A stretch of DNA of 64,000 bases, taken from Ylistrum balloti. Its lineage: Eukaryota. Each line of letters starts with the position of its first letter. Positions within the stretch are counted from its first letter, which is position 1. A program made the translations under genes and the position numbers. Where the stretch lies: the NCBI RefSeq assembly GCF_031769215.1, contig NW_026782001.1, positions 62,001 to 126,000 on the forward strand, written 5' to 3'. Positions 26,801 through 37,058 of this stretch are shown piece after piece. The notes beneath the pieces were generated by a model. The model saw only the letters and a list, made by a program, of their open reading frames with translations, did no database searches and was not told where the DNA came from.

Positions 26801-29713
26801 ACATCTACGTAATCATAAGCTAATGTGGGTCAGGGACAATGAAATGACGTTACACGATCACAGGTTAAAAATTGACACCCACAGATTCCGATATTGACAA
26901 AGGGACTTGGTGCGATCTCTCAACCCACGGTATTATAATGACACGTTAATACCGGGGGTCGGGAATACGTCATTGTACATAGTGACATAACGCTGGAGAC
27001 TACGCATGTTTAGTAATATAACATTATAAATAAGTTTGAGGATTATACACACATATTTGAGTATACTATACCATGAATATATACTTCTGGTATACATATA
27101 TTTATATAAGTATGACTTATACAACAAGCTGTTTCTCTTAGTAAGACAAGTACTCCTACAGACAATGACAAACGGACACGGTGGCTGTCTGAATCATTCT
27201 CCAATACAAAGGTCAAAGTGTGTGTACAACATGCCTATATACACATATAACCTGAATTTCTGAAGAGATTAGCCTTTTTACATACTGGACTCGCCAACTT
27301 TTAGTAAAGATGAGTGGATCAATGTCCAGGAAATGAACACATTATTATTTCATTATCGTATCCTTAATTTTGTTGCCTCGAAATTGAGACGGAATTCTTA
27401 AATATAATGGACGCTCAATAACAGAACAAGGTTTTGACATAGATGGATTTTTCCAATAAAAGCTTTTGATATAACGGGATCGGAAGTTTTGGACTTTAGA
27501 ATATATAAATAAAACGAAATTCGCCATCTACTTCAGTATAAAAGTTACACTTCATCATATCTCTCAAATTCTACAGTCAAAGAATGGGTGGGTGTGAAGT
27601 CAGGAAGTTATGACCTGTTTAAAAATATCGGTAACATTGATGTTACAATTATGATAAGTTGTGATAATATGGCTACATCTGACCTTGTTTAGATTCCCAT
27701 GCTTGTAACGGTTGACTTTATATATTAACACACATGTTAAATGTTTCAACATTACAGTTTTTTCAAAGCTCACCCAAACTTATATGTACACATGTATGTA
27801 TGCACTGTGACAGATAGGTCACACACATACAACGTTACAGGAAATAGTTGTATAAAAGAAACGCAAGGAAAAGATAAATTAAACTGAGGCATGAAACTGT
27901 TTCGTCCTTGTAGGAGTCTTCATTGATACCAGGGCTTAAATAATATAGCGACTGGCTGACGAAAAAAAGTTGGCCGAAATTAAGCCGAAATATGTATGGA
28001 GAAGAACACATACCCCATTATCTAAACGATATAATTTATTCATTCTTTTTTAATTTTCAATTCTAGATGTATTCAGAATAAGACTGTGTCACTATTCATC
28101 AGAATTAAAACAGAACATACGTGGCAACTTAATTGCAATTATCATGATGACCTTCCCAGCTTGGATTGAAGATGTAGACGTTTACATAGATATAAATTAT
28201 TTCTCGTTTTACATACAGTCATCATGAATTCCATTCTTACCTTTGACACACCGTGTTATCCCTCGATTCTTACCTTTGACACACCGTGCTATCCCTCGAT
28301 TCTTACCTTTGACACACCGTGCTATCCCTCGATTCTTAACTTTGACACACCGTGCTATCCCTCGATCTTACCTTTGACACACATTGCTATCCCTCGATCC
28401 TTACCTTTGACACACCGTGCTATCCCTCGATCCTTACCTTTGACACACCGTGCTATCCCTCGATTCTTACCTTTGACACACCGTGCTATCCCTCGATTCT
28501 TACCTTTGACACACCGTGTTATCCCTCGATTCTTACCTTTGACACACCGTGCTATCCCTCGATTCTTACATTTGACACACCGTGCTATCCCTCGATTCTT
28601 ACCTTTGACACACCGTGCTATACCTCGATTCTTACCTTTGACACACCGTGCTATCCCTCGATCCTTACCTTTGACACCGTGCTATCCCTCGATTCTTACC
28701 TTTGACACACCGTGCTATCCCTTGATTCTTACCGTTGACACACCGTGCTATCCCTTGATTCTTACCTTTGACACACCGTGCTATCCCTCGATTCTTACCT
28801 TTGACACACCGTGCTATCCCTCGATTCTTACCTTTGACACACCGTGCTATCCCTCGATTCTTACCTTTGACACACCGTGCTATCCCTCGATTCTTACCTT
28901 TGACACACCGTGCTATCCCTCGATTCTTACCTTTGACACACCGTGCTATCCCTCGATTCTTACCTTTGACACACCGTGCTATCCCTCGATTCTTACCTTT
29001 GACACACCGTGCTATCCCTCGATTCTTACCTTTGACACACCGTACTATCCCTCGATTCTTACCTTTGACACACCGTGCTATACCTCGATTCTTACCTTTG
29101 ACACACCGTGCTATCCCTCGTAGTGAATCAGGAATACAGCATGCCACCCTTATATTGTTTATCACTAAAGTTTGTCTGTAAATAGTAACAAAATCAGTCC
29201 TTGTAGTTCATGTTGAATACCGCATTACACGTAATCGTATTGTTTCATATTAAAATACATATAAAAATTAATAAATACTGCGACCAATGGAAAATATTAC
29301 ATAGAATAAATTATATCGGTGAATGAAAAAGCCAGATATGTTTCATTACATTAAAGTACACTTTGATATAATATTCTGAAGATCCATATCGGATGTCTTC
29401 TTTATTTGGTGTTCGAGTTTTTAACTTACTCCAATGACATCGAGATCAACGAATTTTTTTTTGTATTGAGACTTTCAACTGTACTCTTTCCTATTTCCTC
29501 TATTTTGAAACTAGAACCTGACATCACACAGACAAAAGCGATAATTTACCTTTCCTTGAAAACATCAAAATTGGCTATTAACTAGAAGGTTTAGAATAAG
29601 ACCAATGCTTACCTGGTAGTGCCCTCGGTACAATTAATGCGCCTCTGCGCCTCTGTCAAGTATGAGAAATGTACTAGCAACAGCATAACGAAGGAAGGCT
29701 TCAGATAATCCAT
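23804..29713 (-). CDS. Gene A: uncharacterised type-I membrane receptor, 281 aa using the first donor. Signal peptide, small 4-Cys (EMI/Nimrod-like) domain, Thr-rich mucin stalk, TM, multi-tyrosine tail. Exons 29713-29613, 29175-29096, 26119-25774, 25213-25137, 24045-23804.
   Basis: MDYLKPSFVMLLLVHFSYLTEA-QRRINCTEGTTR/QTLVINNIRVACCIPDSLRGIARCVK/DNVYVTDAPITVTTT...EGSGEE...GLSIGIPLVVLAAVVMAVLLL-RVRYKRKK/.../ESYQDF..AYDSL..AYEQV..VSYESL..DYDTP..IYANL. Four GT-AG introns with matching phases 2,1,2,1; 846 nt with no internal stop. Confidence 0.82.
26300..26600 (-). mobile_element. Degenerate tRNA-derived SINE
   Basis: Plus strand TTTGTAGACTCTGGTGTGTCTCGGCCAGGGGACAGAACCC...GAGGCGG resembles the reverse complement of a tRNA-head SINE with A/B boxes, as seen in mollusc SINEs. 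Boundaries approximate. Confidence 0.55.
28233..29120. repeat. 33-bp minisatellite (minus strand AATCGAGGGATAGCACGGTGTGTCAAAG|GTAAG), about 27 copies, straddling the exon 2/intron 2 boundary of gene A
   Basis: Unit read directly; it includes the last exon codons and the GTAAG donor. Confidence 0.96.
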
Positions 29714-31487
29714 GGCTTCTGCAATCTGATTGAAGTAAAGTATATAAGAATTTCCTAATTATTATGACGCTTACTTAATATGGAGTAAGAATTGGGTTTT
29801 ATACTGAAAACAGAAGACTTACGGTCAAATTTCAAATAAGTATGTGATACATGTTAATGAATTTAGGGTTATGGTTCCCTAGATAAAAAATATCTACATT
29901 TCAATAGAAAACTGCATATTTCTGAATTTAGCAAAATATTTAAGCGACTTTCTGTTTCTCTCAATTGGTTCCTATATATTGTAGGTTATCAGAGGCGACT
30001 AACGTGGTGTCCCATGTTGAATCGGCACCATTTTCTACAATGATGTATCTGCTGCAATTTTCACAAAACCTGATAACCTTTTTTATAGTTTTTTCCCTGC
30101 TAACTACTATTTTTTGACAATGCGTCCATTTACACCGTACAAAACACCCAGGCAGTGTCGATGACGTAAAACTATTCACAAAACACAAACAACAACAACA
30201 AAGATATGTGGGCATAGTCGCTAATACTCAATCATATAGAATGTAATATTTAGCTACAACTCTCCAAGTAAACTTAAATAACTACTATAATTACCTGAGT
30301 GTGAAAAATGTGTTATATGCTCAGATGGTTCTGGTCATGTCGGGTAACGATTTAGAAATCCACAAATCGGTATAGGTGACGTCCAGCAATGAGACTTGGA
30401 GACAAACGAGAATGAATCAGCTTACGATGAGTACAACCTGGGAACGACGAACGTCGGCTTGAGTCGATACATGACATTACAGGAAGTAAGTAGGAAAACC
30501 GTACTCACGGAACTCCATATGGATGGTGAGTGCCAGTCAGTCGTATCTGAACTTCCGGTATACTTAAGTAAGTAAATAATCACATTAGCAATCAATCAGA
30601 CATGAAGCAATCTCAGTGGACAGGTCATTTTATGTAAAATGTTTGCAAGCCAACTACAAATGAATTTACAGGAGAATTTAAACAACAACAGGGACATATA
30701 ATATACGGGTAAGAGAGAGACTTTCTATATCTCTTTGTAAATATACACCAAATAAATACGAGTTAATTAGCCTTGATGTTTCCATATGCCATTTATCTAA
30801 ATGTACATAGATAATCAATTCAAAACAGGAGTAGACAGCTGAAGAATTTTCAAACTGAGCATGTTAACGTGAACTACTTATTGCTCGTATCAATTTTCAC
30901 GAGTGCCAGAAGTGCCTTTCCGGCCATAGTTCACCTTGTCAGTATATTAAAACGCTTGAAATGATAATGACATGCATGGAATAGATATATATTTACACAA
31001 CAGTTGTAATAATTAATTGATGTTTTGGAGTTGAATTATAATCAAATATTGTGGTTAAAAAAGCCTTATATTATAATCTGCGTGCACTAAACTCAAACCA
31101 TAGCACGCCAACTCCTAACTTACACATGCAAAACATTCTGCTCTCTTCAACATGCTACTTTGAACTGTATTTACAGTTTCACCAACCCTTCACAGCAATC
31201 ACTCAACAGTTACGCAATAGTTATTGTTTTAGAACAATCTTTAACTTTTATTTTTTTGATGTCCTGTATATTGGTACGTCAGATTGTTGTGTTGTTTACC
31301 AACGTCAGTCTTTGTGCGGAAAACATTTATGCTGCAAAGGATGCCAACGTGTACACAACCATGTTGGAATTACACCATGTGTAAACTTTCATCGTCAAAA
31401 ACCCCTCTCTTATAGAATTGATATAGATCTGATTGATAACTCGTGGACCTTATATTTAAGTGATTGACTTTAGGCGGACATATTGCA

Positions 31488-32294
31488 TTATTTTTCAACA
31501 TAATCACCCCCAGTATCCACAAATTTTAGCCAGCTATATTTATGGGCCTCAATGCCACTTTTAGAGAAGAGCTTTTCTTGACCGTTCAGAAAGTCCTCCA
31601 TTGTATGTATCACCTGGCCAAAATTGGCACCGGAAATGGCTTTTGTAAGCTGATGGAGCGAGGTCATGCAAATAAGGCGGATGCTCAATTAATTCAAAGC
31701 CACCATCGTTAATGGCAGCCTTGTGTACAGAGGCTGTCCTGGTGGAACAACAAATGTTTTGCAGATGATTACTAGAATGCTATTAGTATCCCAGGAAACC
31801 GATGCCATAATTTTTCCAGCTTCCAGTCTTTGCCTTCTACAGCGGTGGTGAACCAGGGTTTTCCCATTGTTTAGGCTGTTGTTTGGCCTCTGGGGTGAAA
31901 TGATGGGCCCACGTTTGATCCATCGTCACAAACCTCTTCAGAAAGTTAGCAGAATTTGCCTCTAAAATGTTCAGATTAGCACGCGACAAAGTCTACCTTG
32001 TGTGCTTCTGATCATCTGTCAGAAGTTTCGGTAGCCAATGGGCTGGGTGCTTTCTTAATGCAAGATCTTCTCTAAGAATGGAATTGTTTTCTTGTGAAAT
32101 CCCAACTATATTGGTTATACATGTATATCTCTCTGTAACTGGCCTGTCAGCCAAAACAATATCATTAACTTTATTGACCATTTCTGGGGTTGCAACAGTG
32201 ACATATGAGCATATGAAGGTACATCATTCCCTAGTGTTGCTAGAGCTTTCTCATGCAAATATTGAATCACTTCTCTTTCAGCGATTTCGTCCAT
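31488..32294 (-). mobile_element. Decayed mariner (Tc1/mariner) transposase with internal deletions and frameshifts; element probably spans about 31420-33010
   Basis: Fragments MDEIAEREVIQYLHEK, IVLADRPVTER..VGISQE, WLPKLLTDDQKHTR, FLKRFVTMDQTWAHHFTPE, AGKIMASVSWD and KSGIEA..W.KFVDTGGDYVEK* match mariner motifs (WVPHEL-like, DETW, C-terminal GDYVEK). Confidence 0.88.
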
Positions 32295-32411
32295 TTTGCA
32301 GAAGTCACTTGCCTTATATACTTTAGAGGGCTACCTCATAAACTGATCAAATGACACTAGTCTTCGGGTACACAGCTTTAAATAGTCAGGGAATAGTAGA
32401 GCTGATGAGGA

Positions 32412-32870
32412 ACACCGTGCTATCCCTCGATTCTTACCTTTGACACACCGTGCTATCCCTCGATTCTTACCTTTGACACACCGTGCTATCCCTCGATCTT
32501 ACCTTTGACACACATTGCTATCCCTCGATCCTTACCTTTGACACACCGTGCTATCCCTCGATCCTTACCTTTGACACACCGTGCTATCCCTCGATTCTTA
32601 CCTTTGACACACCGTGCTATCCCTCGATCTTACCTTTGACACACCGTGCTATCCACTCGATCCTTACCTTTGACACACCGTGCTATCCCTCGATTCTTAC
32701 CTTTGACACACCGTGCTATCCCTCTTATTCTATTGCCTTTGACACACCGTGCTATCCCTCGCTTCTTACCTTTGACACACCGTGCTATCCCTCGATTCTT
32801 ACCTTTGACACACCGTGCTATCCCTCGATTCTTACCTTTGACACACCGTGCTATCCCTCGATTCTTACCT
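32412..32870. repeat. Second copy of the 33-bp array (about 14 units), flanked by an 83-bp direct duplication (32332-32414 and 32866-32948)
   Basis: Same unit and same order of variant units as 28340-28480; the flanking duplicates differ by one base. Confidence 0.95.
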
Positions 32871-34049
32871 CATAAACTGATCAAATGACACTAGTCTTCG
32901 GGTACACAGCTTTAAATAGTCAAGGAATAGTAGAGCTGATGAGGAACATTTCTGCCTAACTTCAAGGAACACGCCTTATCTCTTCATAAGTTATTTCTGT
33001 TTACTCGGAAAGTATCTTTTTATAAGAGGCATTACGTAAGTATTGTTGTCAGGTAGAAAATACTTATACATCTTGTAATGGATATCACATCACGGAAAAT
33101 CCAGAGAAGGTGTGACCGCCATGACATCTTTTTAAATGAATACTTCTTTGTACCACTAACATACAGAAAATATGTATTAATAATCCAAGACAAACGAATA
33201 AAGTCAGTGTAGCTTGGTGCATACGACGAGATCATGCACTCTGTACGTACTTCAAATTGGACAGTGGAGTTCCGGTATATGATAAAGATACATTACATTA
33301 CTGTGATTCACGCTCCTATTTATGTTTGTAGAGAAACTGTATGACAATATATGGAGATACCGGATGAAAGAGTAAACATCATGGACATTGCTGATGATTT
33401 TCTGTTGACGTAAATACAAGGGACAAGTATTCATTTACCAGTAACAGGTAAGTTATCAACACTTCTCATTAGTGAAGCATCAACGCTTTCATATCAACTC
33501 TTAAGACAATACAATCAGTTGACCTCAGATAACCGATTTGGAAATTCAGGCATCAAACTGATGTGAAAAAGTAAGACAATTCATAGGATATTAAAAATAA
33601 AAAATATATATCTGTAACATAACAAAGATGTTTGTATTCTGAGACTAGTCTTTTGTACAGTACTATTGAGCGACATGGTAAATGTCGTTGAAAAGTTAAG
33701 GCGTGTTACTTCCGCCATACATCACCGTTGTTAAGTTGATAATTTATACCTGACAGTTCCTATAAATCATATGCTTGCTCCATAGATGTCATGAACAAAT
33801 ATAAGAAAATGGCTTCATCGGAAACACACGCAGAGAAATAATAGGGTAATAACATCAAGATTTCAAATCTTACAGTGTGAATATCTAAATGTGATCACCT
33901 ACATGAGTGACTTCTCAATGTCATCACCTACAGTGATACCATCCAAATGTTTTCACATATAGTTGTATCTTCTAAATTTCATTAATTACGATGTGAACAT
34001 TTAAATAACAACAAATCCCTCTCCTACTCCAACCAAGAAAAAAGATTAG

Positions 34050-36722
34050 GTATCGCTCGCGATTGTATACCCTATAAGTCTGCAGTAATAAGACCACTTA
34101 ACCCGCCTTGGATGTGCAATAAAATCCGTCGACTCATTCGTAAACGCAAACGATCTTACAAAATTGCCCGTTCTTCAAATTCTCCTTCTGACTGGTTGAA
34201 ATTTCGACGCTTAAGGAATAAGAGTGCTAAGAAGGAATACTTGTGTAAACTTACCGCTTCCCTCCGCGACAAAAATAATCTGTATCGAAATTCTTGGTGG
34301 AATACTATCAAATCATTTATAGGCATTTCCAAAAAGTCAAATTCCATTCCTGCTTTATTATGTAACGGTATCCAGTACGTATCAGTTGGTGATAAAGCTA
34401 TGCTATTCAATGATTACTTCACAGCCCAGTCTACTGTGAATGATACACACTCCCAAATTCCTCCCAACCAAATTCCTGATAATAAACTTAGTGATATTAT
34501 TATAACTGAAACGGATATTCGAGATGTCTTAATATCACTTGACACTTCAAAAGCTACAGGACCTGACTTGTTGAACCCACGTTTACTTAAAGAAGGTGCC
34601 AACGAATTAGTCTTACCACTTTGTATTTTATTCAACTCTTCTTTACAACTTGGTATATTTCCTAATTCTTGGAAGATAGCCAATGTAATACCTGTACATA
34701 AAAAGAATGAAAAAAATGATGTTAAAAATTACCGTCCTATTTCTTTACTTAGTATCGTTGGCAAAGTGATGGAAAGGTGTGTATTTAAATATGTACATAA
34801 TTTTCTAAATAAATATAATTTGATAAAAGATTGCCAGTCAGGATTTAGACCGGGGGATCCTACAATTAACCAGCTACCAAATATAACTAATGACTTGGGA
34901 AGGGCAATAGATTCTGGGAGGGAAGTACGTATTGTTTTTTGCGATATAAGCAAGGCTTTTGATCGTGTCTGGCACAAAGGTCTTATACATAAACTTGTCA
35001 ATATTGGTTTAGATGGTAAAGTAATTGAATGGTTCAAAAACTACTTAACACATAGAAAACAAAAAGTTATTATTAATGGGGCTGAGTCCTATTTGTCTGA
35101 TATCACGGCGGCAGTTCCTCAAGGGTCAATTTTAGGGCCTCTTTTGTTTGTACTTTTTATTAACGATATAGTCACCGAAATTGGGTCTATAATCAAGCTA
35201 TTTGCTGATGATACGTCTGTATATGTTATTGTTGATTCACCTTTGTTGGCTGCTGAACTTCTGAATAGTGACATGGAGAAAATTTATTTATGGTCTAAAG
35301 CTTGGCTTGTTGATTTTAACCCTCAAAAAACTGAATGTATGATTGTTTCTAGAAAAGAGATCCCCTTAATCATCCTAAATTTTACTTTGATAATACCCCC
35401 ATAACAAATGTAAACTCTCATAGACACTTGGGTGTAACTCTATCTCGCGACTGTAACTGGACTACTCACGTTGATATTATTATTGGTCAAGTAACATCTA
35501 AGCTTAATATGATACGGAAATTAAAATTTACTCTAGACAGGAAAAGTTTGCAGATTTTATATTTTACCTTTATTAGGCCTGTAATTGAATACGCTGATAT
35601 TGTCTGGGATAATTTAAGCAACGAGTATGTAAATAAGCTAGAGAAAATAAATCAGGAGGCTGCCAGAATAATATGTGGGGCTACTAAATTAACTAATATA
35701 GATAAACTGTATATAGATACCGGGTGGGAAACACTAAGCGAAAGAAGGAGAAAACACAAATTAATCCAATTTTTTAAAAATGTTTCATGGTAGAACGCCT
35801 GAATATCTGTCCCGTCTGGTACCTCCTAACATATCTGACACATAATTATGGCACAAGACATGGTAACAATTTAATCGGTGTTAGATGTATGTCCGAATTC
35901 TATCGCCATTCATTTTTACCCTCAGTGATTACACTTTGGAACAATATTCCTGAAGAAATTCGTAACAATCCCTCACTATTTTCATTCAAAAAGTATCTTA
36001 ATATCAATTCCAGGGGACGTCCGCCTGAATATTATTATGTAGGGTTGAGACTAGACCAAATATACCATACTAGATTACGGCTTGGATGTAGTTCCTTAAA
36101 AGGTCAACTCTTTCGGAGAAACCTAGTTGATAGTCCCATATGTGCATGTGGATACCCATTTGAAGATAGTTTCCATTTCCTGTTGCAGTGTGCCAATCAC
36201 TCTGCCCCAAGACGAAGGTATTTAACATCATTGACTTACCATCTTAGTGTTGATTTACTTTTGTTTGGCGATCCACTTTTATCTTATGACCAAAATGTAG
36301 AAATATTCATAGCTACTCAAAAATTTATAAAATCGAGTGAAAGATTTAGAAATAGTACCTAGCATCCTATCAATCCAACCGGGGAAATTCATCAATTCAT
36401 GTATTCATGTTTACAATATTTATACTTATAAATTATGCACTCTTGCCTAATTTTATATACCCCCTTTTCTTTTCTCTTCTTCCATTTTCTCTTCCTTTAG
36501 TTGTAAACTTGTTCGTTTTATATTATAAACATTAGTTAAGTTACATTATAATCAATTCACTATATGCTGTCAGTGTAAGGGTTAACATGTAAAATTGAAA
36601 TTGCTGTATTGATGAGACGGACTTAGAATAAGTACATTTGTACTTGTTTCCAAATCATCTTTATGTTATGTATGTCACCAATATGTACATGTTTCACTTG
36701 CCAATACAAATAAAGTGTAAAC
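34050..36722 (+). mobile_element. 5'-truncated CR1/L2-clade LINE; reverse transcriptase broken by frameshifts (ORFs 34112-35404, 35428-35793, 35787-36362)
   Basis: RT motifs KATGPD, NYRPISLLSIVGKVMER, DISKAFDRVWH, VPQGSILGPLLF, LFADD; C-terminal CACG..EDSFHFLLQC; AT-rich 3' UTR ending in AATAAA. Confidence 0.95.
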
Positions 36723-37058
36723 TAATGAAAAAGATAAAAGTCTGTCTTTCTTCAGCGTCAAATACATTTGATTAAATGAACAAATTACTATGCACAGCTT
36801 AACTCAGCTTCGGCATAATTATCATAGAGAATATATTGTAAGAGATAACAAAGGATTTCGAATTCGTTACCAATTTCAGTCCTCAATACATATCGCTTTG
36901 TCGAGTTTTGGTTAATATGGGATGTTAGTTGACAACTTGCCATTCGTAGAATGGAAATATAACAACGAAAGTTAGTGAAACGTGCAATGTCTTACTTCTG
37001 TGTGAACCTTGTGCATATTATACCTATACAATGCAGGTGACGACGTCATTGATACAAG

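Noticed and set aside
28224-29181. Long plus-strand ORFs (299, 117 and 137 aa) with PCYPSILTFDT or THRAIPRFLPL repeats
   Set aside because: They are alternative-frame translations of the 33-bp array; only the minus frame connects to a spliced gene model.
32483-32888. ORFs of 130 and 80 aa
   Set aside because: Same repeat translation in the copied array; no gene context.
34156-35037. Minus-strand ORFs of 84-102 aa
   Set aside because: Antisense to the LINE reverse transcriptase.
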